Shown piece after piece: positions 17,294-26,428 of a DNA stretch of 46,797 bases (within the stretch, counting starts at the first letter, position 1; every line of letters begins with the position of its first letter). The position numbers and the translations under genes were made by a program. This DNA is from an uncultured bacterium (GTDB lineage: Bacteria > Poribacteria > WGA-4E > PCPOR2b). The stretch is taken from assembly GCA_964577695.1 (NCBI GenBank), contig CAZOAL010000060.1:1-46797 (forward strand), read 5' to 3'. The notes under the pieces are model-generated. The model ran no database searches. It saw only the letters and a program-made list of their open reading frames with translations, and was not told where the DNA came from.

Positions 17294-18730
17294 GTGCAGG
17301 TTTCCTGCTCTCATTCTTCCGATATTCATACGATGCAGTTTCAGTTTCAAATCACTTCAGTCATTGTCCATATTTTGCTGTGCCTCGTTTCTCCCTCCGC
17401 TTTCGGAGCGATTGTCATCAATGAGGTGATGGCAAATCCCCTCAACGAAGACACGGGTGAGTTCATTGAGTTGTTCAATACCGGTACAGAACAGATCGAT
17501 GTCCTCAACTGGCAGTTCACCGATGGTGATGCCACGGATATCATCCAACCCTTTCGAGACAGTGCGACAGCTATCCCCCCCAACGGTTATGCCCTGATTC
17601 TGGATGCGGAGTATGCCGATGAGTACGATCTGCCGCCGGGGACGATTTTGCTGACAACGAAGAATACGACCCTTGGCGATGGCTTGCAGACCAATGATCC
17701 AATCACGTTGTTCGACGAAAGCGGGACGAAGATTATCGGTACCTATTCTCCCCCTTTCGCTGCCAAAAACGGGATTTCGGTTGAGCGTGTCGATGTGGCT
17801 GTCGGAGATGTCCTTGAGAATTGGAAAGCGAGCCTCGCTCCGTCCGGTTCTACGCCGGGGCAGGTGAACAGCGCCACGGATACGGGTATCACTCCCCCTC
17901 CAACGGAGAAACCCGATACCGATTCAAAGGTTGAGCCACCACCGATTATCCGCATCCTTATCAACGAGATTATGCACAGCCCCGATACGACAGCCGGACA
18001 AACCGAGTGGATTGAGCTATTCAACCCGAATCCGCAGCCAGTGAAGCTTGGCAAGTGGCGCGTCGAAGATGCTTCAGGGAGGTCTGGGGAAATTCCTGAA
18101 GACACACAAATTGCCGGAGGGGGCTTTCTCGTCCTCACAAAAAGCAAATCGGATTTTCAAACGCAGTATCCGGTTGGGATTGAGGTTGTTGAAATCAACC
18201 TCCCCTCACTCAATAACGATAAGGATACGCTGACCCTCTATGATAACGCCGATCGACAGATCGACCTCGTGAGTTATGTTGGTTCCGGTTCAATCCGCGG
18301 CAGGTCTCTCGAACGGGTTCAAACTTCCCTGCCCTCCAATCAAGCGGGAAACTGGCTCCTGTCTATAGCGCTCGTCGGCGCAACGCCGGGAAAGATAAAC
18401 AGCCGCAGCCAAAACGTCGCGGGAAAACCCAAGCTAACGATCAACCCAACCCCCTTCAATCCACAGGTATCAGAGACGACCATCCGCTACGAATCGCCGA
18501 CGAACGCCTTGATTACCCTGCAAATCTTTGATTCCGCCGGACGCCCCGTCCGCATCCTTCTCGATCAGCGCGAAGCCGGCGGGGTACAATCGGTTAAATG
18601 GGATGGTCGAGATGAATACGGGGAGCGCGTGCCCGTTGGGGTGTACATCTGCCAACTCATCGTCTCTGGCAACTCGAAGCAGTCAGCGACGCGAGTCGCT
18701 AAAACGGTTGTCGTTGCGGAAAAACTTTAA
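17294..18730 (+). CDS. Secreted protein with two lamin-tail domains (LTD) and a C-terminal T9SS/FlgD-Ig-like sorting domain
   Basis: LTD blocks VINEVMANPLNEDTGEFIELFNTG...WQFTDGD and INEIMHSPDTTAGQTEWIELFNPN...WRVEDASG. C-terminal tail NPTPFNPQVSETTIRY...LQIFDSAGRPV...VKWDGRDEYGERVPVGVYICQL. The signal peptide probably starts at the internal Met near 17333. Confidence 0.8.
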   Translation: MQVSCSHSSDIHTMQFQFQITSVIVHILLCLVSPSAFGAIVINEVMANPLNEDTGEFIELFNTGTEQIDVLNWQFTDGDATDIIQPFRDSATAIPPNGYALILDAEYADEYDLPPGTILLTTKNTTLGDGLQTNDPITLFDESGTKIIGTYSPPFAAKNGISVERVDVAVGDVLENWKASLAPSGSTPGQVNSATDTGITPPPTEKPDTDSKVEPPPIIRILINEIMHSPDTTAGQTEWIELFNPNPQPVKLGKWRVEDASGRSGEIPEDTQIAGGGFLVLTKSKSDFQTQYPVGIEVVEINLPSLNNDKDTLTLYDNADRQIDLVSYVGSGSIRGRSLERVQTSLPSNQAGNWLLSIALVGATPGKINSRSQNVAGKPKLTINPTPFNPQVSETTIRYESPTNALITLQIFDSAGRPVRILLDQREAGGVQSVKWDGRDEYGERVPVGVYICQLIVSGNSKQSATRVAKTVVVAEKL

Positions 18731-18748
18731 TATTGCAGGTGATGATTC

Positions 18749-19978
18749 ATGCTCACTCGAATTCAAGTCAAAGGCTATAAGAGTTTTCGTTCTGTAGAAA
18801 TCAATCTCAAGCCATTCACGACGATTGTCGGGCCGAACAACGCCGGCAAAAGCAATCTCTTTGATCTGTTAGGTTTAATTTCCAGGGTTGCTCAAAAGCC
18901 GCTTGAGCAGGCATTTGCCGCCCACCGAGGGGATGCAATCGAATCCTTTTATTTGGCAAAACCAGATCAAAATCCCTGCATCGAAGTGACGTTAGATCTC
19001 GATCTCCGGGGTATGCGCCACCCTTACGATTCATCGAAAGAAGTTCCGTTTCCTTATGTCCGATACCAGCTTGCAATTGAATTTGATCCGACCCACGTTC
19101 TGCTCACGATAAAAAATGAAAAATTGGAGGACATCAATCCCGAAAAACGGAAACGGCGCAAAAATCCGTTTCTTGAGATAGCCCAGGAAAATGGTGAACA
19201 GTTTCTTAAAGTTGTACCAGAGCGGGGAGGAAAGCCTCGACAGTTTCCACTGGACAGCCAACGTTCCGTCATGACAGTTATTGACGATGTAGAATTTTAC
19301 CCAACACTGTGTGCGGTTCAACAGTCATTCGCATCGTGGCGTTTTTTTCATTTCGACCCACAGGCGTTGAGGGAGCCAAGCCCCTTGATGAATATCCACC
19401 AAATCGAGCCAAACGGCAGGGGATTGTCGGGGTTCCTTGATACCTTGAGCCGAACCGATGAAAAGCGATTCCGCGCAATCGAATGGGCGATCTGCACAGC
19501 CATTCCTGAAGTGGAACAGATTGATCTGGTTGAAACAGGCGATCGGAGGCGATTAATTGTCCTCCGACAAAGAGAGAACAGAAACCACACGGCGCGAGTC
19601 ATCTCCGATGGAACACTCCGATTTCTGGCTCTTGCTGCGCTTGCCTATGCCGCTGACCCCCCGGCGCTTGTCTGTCTGGAGGAGCCTGAAAATGGTGTCC
19701 ATCCCTGGCGGTTAGATTTCATTGTGAAACTCTTACGCGGCATTGCGCGAGAGCGTGAAAACGAGCCACGCGCGCAAGTTTTGGTCAATTCGCATTCGCC
19801 CTATTTAGTGGATTTGTTATATGCAGAAGAGATGGTCATCGCTGAGATGAAAAACGGCGAGACGATTTTCAGAAATGTCGATCTTTTCTCGCGCCCTGCG
19901 CTTCGAGAAATGTTGGAATCCGGAGAAATCACACTCGGTGAAGCCTGGTATCAAGGAGATTTGCATGGCTATCCTTAA
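18749..19978 (+). CDS. ABC-type/SMC-like ATPase of the AAA_21/AAA_15 family (RecF/SbcC-like predicted ATPase)
   Basis: Walker A GPNNAGKSN. ABC signature-like ISDGTLRFLALAAL. Walker B LVCLEEPE. H-loop VNSHSP. Confidence 0.85.
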   Translation: MLTRIQVKGYKSFRSVEINLKPFTTIVGPNNAGKSNLFDLLGLISRVAQKPLEQAFAAHRGDAIESFYLAKPDQNPCIEVTLDLDLRGMRHPYDSSKEVPFPYVRYQLAIEFDPTHVLLTIKNEKLEDINPEKRKRRKNPFLEIAQENGEQFLKVVPERGGKPRQFPLDSQRSVMTVIDDVEFYPTLCAVQQSFASWRFFHFDPQALREPSPLMNIHQIEPNGRGLSGFLDTLSRTDEKRFRAIEWAICTAIPEVEQIDLVETGDRRRLIVLRQRENRNHTARVISDGTLRFLALAALAYAADPPALVCLEEPENGVHPWRLDFIVKLLRGIARERENEPRAQVLVNSHSPYLVDLLYAEEMVIAEMKNGETIFRNVDLFSRPALREMLESGEITLGEAWYQGDLHGYP

Positions 19979-20576
19979 AATTGCTTATGCCCTGGAAGGC
20001 CCAAGCGATCACCGGATTGTGCCAATTCTCATCGAACGATTGATTGAGGACTACAGCAGCACCGCCCCAATTGAGGTCATGAGATCCGTTCGTCGCACAC
20101 GGAGGCGTGGGCACGGTTTTGTTAAAGAGCTTCCCCAGTTGGTTCGCAGTTTGGAATCAGACGAGACCGATATTTTGGTTGCAATTGTTGATGCCGATGC
20201 ACCGAAACTGATGAATGAGCGACTCAATTTATTGCGAGAGACGATCAAAGAGCTCCAGCCATCTCCGATCTGTTTTGTAATTGGTGTGGCGGTTAGATCA
20301 TTGGAAGCGTGGCTGCTTGCTGACGAGAATGCGATTCGATTGGCGGCAGACGTTGCTTATGTTCCGCAACAACCTGCTCCTGAAGGAATCGATGCTCCTA
20401 AAACATACCTTGATAAACTCATTAGAAGTTTAACTGATGGACGAGAGTTTTCGATAGGCAGACTCACAAATGAGATTGCATCTGCCCTTGATTTGCAGCG
20501 TCTCAAAGTCCGATGCCCCCACTTTGAACGAATTGTTCAGGAATTGAACCGGTGTTTACAAAGGTTTATCGCCTAA
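19965..20576 (+). CDS. Small TOPRIM-like protein (DUF4276-like) overlapping the ATPase gene by 14 nt
   Basis: N-terminal ALEGPSD (TOPRIM Glu motif) and ILVAIVDADAP (DxD motif). Start ATG at 19965 in the frame of track ORF 19875-20576. Confidence 0.6.
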   Translation: MAILKIAYALEGPSDHRIVPILIERLIEDYSSTAPIEVMRSVRRTRRRGHGFVKELPQLVRSLESDETDILVAIVDADAPKLMNERLNLLRETIKELQPSPICFVIGVAVRSLEAWLLADENAIRLAADVAYVPQQPAPEGIDAPKTYLDKLIRSLTDGREFSIGRLTNEIASALDLQRLKVRCPHFERIVQELNRCLQRFIA

Positions 20577-20629
20577 TAAAAAGGAATTCAATAACAATCA
20601 AGACCTGAACAACAATCCGGAGGATTAGA

Positions 20630-20929
20630 ATGAATCAAAGTCTTTTGTATCATGGATTAATCAGCAAAGAGGAAGACCGTTACTGTGCGCTCTGCGTCGA
20701 ATTTAACATTGCGACTGAAGGCAAGACGCTCGAAGAAGCCAAAATGAACTTGAAAGAAGCTATTGAAGGATACCTGGAAGTGGCTATGGAGTTGGAGAAT
20801 CAAGAAGGATTGATTCCGCGACATGCACCGGAATCTCTTGTAACAGAGTATGAAATGTCATTCCGGCAGGCCTTAACCCAGCAGACCCCAACTGAACTTT
20901 ACGTTTTCGGGGAAATCGTATATGCCTAA
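20630..20929 (+). CDS. hicB: HicB-family antitoxin (type II TA)
   Basis: YCALCVEFNIATEGKTLEEAKMNLKEAIEGYLE is the typical HicB N-terminal RNase-H-like block. Overlaps hicA by 8 nt. Confidence 0.8.
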   Translation: MNQSLLYHGLISKEEDRYCALCVEFNIATEGKTLEEAKMNLKEAIEGYLEVAMELENQEGLIPRHAPESLVTEYEMSFRQALTQQTPTELYVFGEIVYA

Positions 20930-21137
20930 ACGTCTTTCAACACGCCAAATTGAGCGTATCCTCCATCGCCATGGTTTTCAGTTTGTACGTCAAACGGGAA
21001 GTCATAGGCACTACAAAGGAATGGTTGAAGGGCGCACTCGACTTGTCACGCTGATTGCCAATCAGAAAGATTATCATCCAAAGACGCTAAAAAGCATTAT
21101 TGCTCAATCTGGTCTGCCTGAAGAGATTTTTGATTAA
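20922..21137 (+). CDS. hicA: HicA-family toxin (mRNA interferase, type II TA)
   Basis: HRHGFQFVRQTGSHRHYK...LVTLIANQKDYHPKTLKSIIAQSGL with the hallmark GSH motif. 71 aa. Confidence 0.85.
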   Translation: MPKRLSTRQIERILHRHGFQFVRQTGSHRHYKGMVEGRTRLVTLIANQKDYHPKTLKSIIAQSGLPEEIFD

Positions 21138-21168
21138 ATTCATACTTGACAATTAAAGAGATAAATCT

Positions 21169-22743
21169 ATGGAAAGTGCAACGTTTGCCGCAATTGATGT
21201 GGGTTCTAACGCGATGCGGCTGAAAATTGTTGAAGTGCGTGCGGACGGTGCCGTTGAACCGATTTATCAACACCGTGCCCCTGTCCGTCTCGGGCACGAA
21301 GTCTTCTTGACAGGTTTTCTGACCGAAGAGGCTATTCAGAAAGCAATCGAAGCCTTTGGAGAATTTAGTGAGGCTATTGAGAAGTCGAAAGTTCATGCGA
21401 TTCGCGCGATCGCGACGAGCGCGACACGGGAAGCTATCAACGGTGATCATTTTGTGGAGCGTATTTACAACAGCTCCGGCATTCAATTGGAACGCATTTC
21501 CGGGGTTGAGGAGGCACATCTGGTTCAACTCGCGGTGACACGCAAGATCAATCTCCGCAATCAGGTCGCCCTTGTCATTGACATCGGGGGCGGGAGCGTT
21601 GAGTTCGATGTCATCGACCCCGGCCCTTCAACTGTGTACTCCAACAGCCTGCGGCTGGGAACCGTGCGGTTGCATGAAACCTTTCTCCGAACGGATACAA
21701 TTTCTGACCTGCAGCTCTTATTGCTCAAGGCTTACATGGAGCAGTTGCTTGAAACCACACTGGAGTCCATCAACGCACACGAAATTGACCTGGTGCTCGG
21801 CACAGGCGGAAATGTCGAAGAGCTCGGGAGGCAGATTGGGACGGATGCAGAAAAGGAAGGCTTCCCGGAAGATGTCCGCTTTATTCCGCTCCGCGAGCTC
21901 CAGCGGTTCGTCAAGGAGATTTCCAAACTCAATGTGAAAGACCGCATGGATGGCTACGGCATGCACCCCGATCGGGCGGATGTCATTTTACCTGCGAGTC
22001 TCGTGCTCGCCCAAGTGGTGAGCAACGTTGCCGGCGCGAGAGGTCTGTATGCAGCGAACGTTGGACTCAAGGATGGCGTACTTGTGGAAATGATAGATCG
22101 CTTCCGAAACTCTTGGGACACCACTTCGGAGGAAGCGGAGATTATCAAAGCCGCAACCGCGCTTGGACACAAATACCATTTTCATTTGGGGCATGCGGAA
22201 CAGGTCCGTTATTTGGCAGAATTGCTGTTTGATCAACTGCGACCCATTCATCAGTTGTCCACTGAGTCTCGACTGCTGTTGCGTGCCGCTGCGACACTTC
22301 ACGAAATTGGCGGGTACGTCAACCCCTCCGACCATCACAAACACTCCTACTACCTGATTCGACATTCTGAGGTTGTAGGACTCAAGCCCAGTCAGCTTGA
22401 ACTGATTGCCAATATCGCCCGGTATCATCGCGGTGAATTTCCCAATGAACAGAAGCGCGATCATTTTCGCTCCCTCTCGTCCGCTGAAAAGAAACAGGTA
22501 ACGAAGCTCGCAGCCATTTTGCGAGTCGCGGATGCGTTAGACCATCAGCATAAATCGGTTGTCGAGGACCTGAGAGTCAAGATTCTCAATGACGCCATTG
22601 AGATTGACATTCGCTCCCTTGACGCCTGCCTCCTTGAGAGATGGCATCTTCAGGAAAAAGGTCAGTTGTTTACACGAACCTTTGGACGTTCGATTCGTCT
22701 GCTGGTGAATGGGAGGACAGGGGAAAATGTTGACTCAATTTAA
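21169..22743 (+). CDS. Ppx/GppA-family phosphatase (exopolyphosphatase / pppGpp phosphohydrolase-like) with C-terminal HD domain
   Basis: N-terminus AAIDVGSNAMRLKIVEV (ASKHA fold). HD region HLGHAEQV...LHEIGGYVNPSDHHKHSYYLI. Confidence 0.85.
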   Translation: MESATFAAIDVGSNAMRLKIVEVRADGAVEPIYQHRAPVRLGHEVFLTGFLTEEAIQKAIEAFGEFSEAIEKSKVHAIRAIATSATREAINGDHFVERIYNSSGIQLERISGVEEAHLVQLAVTRKINLRNQVALVIDIGGGSVEFDVIDPGPSTVYSNSLRLGTVRLHETFLRTDTISDLQLLLLKAYMEQLLETTLESINAHEIDLVLGTGGNVEELGRQIGTDAEKEGFPEDVRFIPLRELQRFVKEISKLNVKDRMDGYGMHPDRADVILPASLVLAQVVSNVAGARGLYAANVGLKDGVLVEMIDRFRNSWDTTSEEAEIIKAATALGHKYHFHLGHAEQVRYLAELLFDQLRPIHQLSTESRLLLRAAATLHEIGGYVNPSDHHKHSYYLIRHSEVVGLKPSQLELIANIARYHRGEFPNEQKRDHFRSLSSAEKKQVTKLAAILRVADALDHQHKSVVEDLRVKILNDAIEIDIRSLDACLLERWHLQEKGQLFTRTFGRSIRLLVNGRTGENVDSI

Positions 22744-22856
22744 GCGATACACATTGCTTCGCAATGGAGTACGCCTTGCGGGGCGAAAAAAGGCGACAGT
22801 ATGTATTGGGCTTTGTTATGGAGGTGGAACATTCTCTACCAACCTGAGAAAGACAG

Positions 22857-23486
22857 ATGTTCATAAATGAGATTTCACCAGAAAAGCGTTTGATTTTGGA
22901 AGAATTGCGCCGTCAGAGACGACTCCGCCTTGCTACTGACCTTTCCATTGATGTCACTAACCCGATAATTAGCGGAAAATTTGTCAGAAGACGAGATGTT
23001 GATTTAGAGCTAGACCATCAAGTGGCACAATTTCCGTTAGGACTCCTACAGTTTGTTACCCAGAACACCGGAAGCATTGAAGTCTGGAACCATACCAGCG
23101 GTTACAATCCGAAAGAGTGTTTAGCACGGGTTAGATTGCTTCATCTCGCTCAACGAACCGGTGTGCTTCACGAAGAGGTTCTCCATTTAGTCGATCATTT
23201 GCTTGGCAACTTAGGAGATAGGGTAAATCCTTTGAGGATGTCTCAAGAACACGGAATCAATGAAGGCATCCGAAAAATGGGTGAACAGCTTCGTGCGTTT
23301 TATTTGCGTCAATCGGATTTTAGAGATCTGAGCGCAGCAGAAAATGAACGAGAATACTTTGCTAGAGCTGGACGTTGGTATTTGCTGGATGCAGATTTTT
23401 TGGAGCAGGCAGATGCCGAAATCTGCCTGTTTCTTCAGCAAACTATTTTTTCAGAAACTTTTTGGAGGGAGGTTTTTCAACCTTGA
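22857..23486 (+). CDS. Hypothetical protein (209 aa)
   Basis: ORF only. No recognisable domain. Confidence 0.4.
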   Translation: MFINEISPEKRLILEELRRQRRLRLATDLSIDVTNPIISGKFVRRRDVDLELDHQVAQFPLGLLQFVTQNTGSIEVWNHTSGYNPKECLARVRLLHLAQRTGVLHEEVLHLVDHLLGNLGDRVNPLRMSQEHGINEGIRKMGEQLRAFYLRQSDFRDLSAAENEREYFARAGRWYLLDADFLEQADAEICLFLQQTIFSETFWREVFQP

Positions 23487-23746
23487 AAGTGCTTGAATTG
23501 AAACCATGGGGAGAATGGTGGTTCGCGGTGCTTCGTTCAGAGGAAAACTTTGTCAATGGGAGTTTTGAAACCGAAATCACGTTGTGGAGTGATACAGATA
23601 CCCCAACCCCTTCTCCGTTAGAAGGTGAAATGTACGGTATCGACAAAAACACGGGGGCACGGCAATTATACGCCCTGTTGTATAGCTGTCGGTTTGGGCA
23701 GAAATACGTCCAAAGGCTTGTGGAATTAAGTGATGTGGAGTCTTGA
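23483..23746 (+). CDS. Hypothetical protein (~88 aa) coupled to the previous gene (TTGA start/stop overlap)
   Basis: In frame with track ORF 23375-23746. A TTG at 23483 overlaps the upstream TGA. Confidence 0.3.
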   Translation: MKVLELKPWGEWWFAVLRSEENFVNGSFETEITLWSDTDTPTPSPLEGEMYGIDKNTGARQLYALLYSCRFGQKYVQRLVELSDVES

Positions 23747-23822
23747 GGTTCAGCAGGAGCCTTGCCCGCCCCAGCTAACTTGATACGGACTTAAGAAATG
23801 AACTCCTAATCAAGGAGAAACA

Positions 23823-24554
23823 ATGAAAGAACAGTTAGCATTTTTCAGCCAAAACGGTTATCTCCTCGTCCCCGGCGCACTATCCGCTGACGAGGTTCGT
23901 ACCATCAACGAGGCAATCGACCAAGACCTGGTCGAGAATGAGCGATTCTGGTATGGAAACAAGAACGGTCGCTATCAAAACGTCCATGCGTTGCTCGCAC
24001 AACCCGCCCTCGACGTCACCATGCGTCCACCTACGTTGCTGCCGTTGATGGAGGTAATCGTGGGGAGCGAGCTCTGTGCGGAGGAGCATTCGGTGATGAT
24101 TCGTGCCGCCAATCTTGATGGCCCTACGGAATGCCACTGGCACCGTGACACCAGCAGCACGGCCGAACCGCCCTACTACACGCGCTATCTGTCTGTCGTC
24201 TTCTACCTCACGGATGTGGATGACACGACACACACCTTTAGCGTTTTACCCGGAACAGCCCAGTCCGAAAATCTTCAGCCGATTGAGGCTTATGACCTTG
24301 CGTCGGCGAAGCACCTCACTGGCCCTGCAGGCACGGCGATCTTGTTCAACGCGGCAACCTTCCATGCCGGCAATGTCCGCAACACCACGTCGGAGCGTCG
24401 TACCATTCACATCTACTGTGGTCGCACCACGGAGCGATACTTGAGCAATCACACGATCTTTCCGCGCCGTTTGTGGGCGGGCAAGGGCGAAGCCACGCAA
24501 AAATACTATAGCCGCCCGAACCCAATTACCAAACTGCTCCTTGAACGATTCTAG
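23823..24554 (+). CDS. Phytanoyl-CoA dioxygenase (PhyH) family Fe(II)/2-oxoglutarate oxygenase
   Basis: FFSQNGYLLVPGALSADEV...HWHRD...TFHAGNVRN is the typical PhyH layout. Confidence 0.75.
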   Translation: MKEQLAFFSQNGYLLVPGALSADEVRTINEAIDQDLVENERFWYGNKNGRYQNVHALLAQPALDVTMRPPTLLPLMEVIVGSELCAEEHSVMIRAANLDGPTECHWHRDTSSTAEPPYYTRYLSVVFYLTDVDDTTHTFSVLPGTAQSENLQPIEAYDLASAKHLTGPAGTAILFNAATFHAGNVRNTTSERRTIHIYCGRTTERYLSNHTIFPRRLWAGKGEATQKYYSRPNPITKLLLERF

Positions 24555-24685
24555 GAATCAAGCAAATTTGCAAGAGATTATCAGCAAAGGCAAGGTATTG
24601 TATGAACGAACTCGTGACGGAGTGGATAACTAATGGTGCTCGTTCATCATCATCCTTGTGTCATGAGGATGCCAGCTAGACGTTT

Positions 24686-24712
24686 GTAGGGGCGAGGCAT
24701 GCCTCGCCCTAC
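24686..24712. terminator. GC-rich palindromic hairpin between convergent genes (GTAGGGGCGAGGC AT GCCTCGCCCTAC)
   Basis: Read directly. No T-run. Confidence 0.45.
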
Positions 24713-24776
24713 GGCAATCCGCATGATGACGAGTCAAGTGGTGATGATGACCGTCCACAACGAGCACCAAAGGTTA

Positions 24777-25331
24777 TTAGAAGCGCAGATGTATACCACC
24801 TCCCCAGAAGAAGCCGTTCAAATCGTAAGGCGCTTCCTCAAACGTGCCTTTGTGCACGCCAGCCTCCGCAGCGAGCTCAACGGACTTGCCTAGATGAAGT
24901 TCGAGCCCAACAGCGATACCTACACCCACGTCCATCTCTCGTGCCCCCAGTTCGGCAATACCATCACCTAATTGCCGTGTAAACTTGGCCCCCCAGATAC
25001 CAACGTGCGGCGCGATGTACGGCGCAACCGAAACGCTTTGCTCCCCGCTGCTTCGAGCGATGTAGAAAAGCAAACGACCAACGCCGGACCATAAACTTTC
25101 GATTTCAAAACCCAACAACTCCTCCGTTGCCCCAGCGATGACGATTCCCTGTAGGGATGCCGCAGGTCCTCTAAGCTTTGCACTGACTCCTAAGAGAGGG
25201 GGAGCGAAATGAACTCCATACGCTGTCTGCGGTGTACCGACTTCTGCACCTGCTTCTTGAACCCACAGAAGCGGGACTGCTCCCGATAGGAATATGATGG
25301 ACAGTCGAAGAGCCAACCTTGTCTTCCACAT
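24777..25331 (-). CDS. Outer-membrane beta-barrel protein (OmpA-like/porin-family barrel, C-terminal Phe)
   Basis: Signal-like N-terminus MWKTRLALRLSIIFLSGAVPLLW. Alternating strands. Ends GGGIHLRF. The track ORF extends to 25382. Confidence 0.6.
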   Translation of the reverse strand: MWKTRLALRLSIIFLSGAVPLLWVQEAGAEVGTPQTAYGVHFAPPLLGVSAKLRGPAASLQGIVIAGATEELLGFEIESLWSGVGRLLFYIARSSGEQSVSVAPYIAPHVGIWGAKFTRQLGDGIAELGAREMDVGVGIAVGLELHLGKSVELAAEAGVHKGTFEEAPYDLNGFFWGGGIHLRF

Positions 25332-25394
25332 AAGATTTTTCCTCCTTTCGAGGGGTGAACTGAATATACTGCGAACGGGCACAAAATACCATTT

Positions 25395-25507
25395 TTGTCA
25401 TCTTGAGCCCTTCGCTTCGCTCAAGAGCCTGCCCTGAGTGAAACGAAGGGGTAAACTCCGCGAAAGATCTCAGCCGATGAGATTCTTCGCTTCACTCAGA
25501 ATGACAA
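25395..25507. repeat. Cluster of family-B-related palindromic arms (TTGTCATCTTGAGC..., CCTGAGTGAAACGAAGG ... CTTCGCTTCACTCAGAATGACAA)
   Basis: gagattcttcgcttcactcagaatgacaa at 25479-25507 is the reverse complement of the arm at 317-344, with 2 mismatches. Confidence 0.6.
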
Positions 25508-25678
25508 ATAAAAGTTTCAATTTATGCCCGTGTTCAGTATTATAAAATGTCCAAGTTGCTTATATGCAGCTTTCAAAGTTTCCGGCTGAAACTGTAATAA
25601 CCAGTGGTGCTAGTTTTTTCCTCGGATACGATCCTACCACCAGTATAATCAAATTACATCCATAGAGCAAACTTCTTA

Positions 25679-26386
25679 TCATTCTTGGGAATCCTTCGGG
25701 GTTTTCCCAGAGCGCATCAATTGCAGGGTGAGTTTCCCAGAGCCGGTCATCAAGTTGTTGCTCCTTTCCGTGGAGATTTGTTTGAGAAGGCCCACATTTG
25801 GGGCGTACCAGAGGTGATATTCCACTTTGATTTTCACTATCCCATAGAATCCGAGGTTTTCTTGCGTCTCGGCCGTCGCCTGAATTCGTAGACAGTTTTC
25901 AAACGTTCCCGCAGGGACGGTCACGATGTCATCCACCTTCTCCACACGAAATGTCGCTTGTACCTCAGACTTGACCATCTCCAAGAGTGTAATCTCAACG
26001 GGAGCTTTCCATTCAGTGCCGACTTTGGCTGGATAACGAATCTGACAAATTGGATTGTCATGAACTGTTGGGTCAATATCATCGGTGTTCTGTCGGGCCC
26101 ATTCATACACCCCAGACTCATCTTCTGTAATGAAGATAAAATGGGATTGATTACTCCCTTCTCCTCTAAACTCAACCTTCTGAGGAGTGACCTCCTTCGT
26201 TTCCAACTTCCGGCGCGAAAAATTCTGAATCCCGAGTTCACCTTTCACAGAGGTCAATTTGGTACTCGCTGAGAACTGATAGAGCCATGTGCGACCCTCT
26301 TCAAGGGGATAATACAGCCCAGCAAACGTGTTCAGGCAGAATCCCCACAATGCGATGAACACCGATACAACGAAGAGACGCTTCAT
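25679..26386 (-). CDS. Hypothetical secreted protein (signal peptide)
   Basis: MKRLFVVSVFIALWGFCLNTFA signal sequence. No domain recognised. Confidence 0.5.
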   Translation of the reverse strand: MKRLFVVSVFIALWGFCLNTFAGLYYPLEEGRTWLYQFSASTKLTSVKGELGIQNFSRRKLETKEVTPQKVEFRGEGSNQSHFIFITEDESGVYEWARQNTDDIDPTVHDNPICQIRYPAKVGTEWKAPVEITLLEMVKSEVQATFRVEKVDDIVTVPAGTFENCLRIQATAETQENLGFYGIVKIKVEYHLWYAPNVGLLKQISTERSNNLMTGSGKLTLQLMRSGKTPKDSQE

Positions 26387-26428
26387 TTTACAAACCCTCC
26401 TTGATCCGTTGACCTAAGATACATTACG

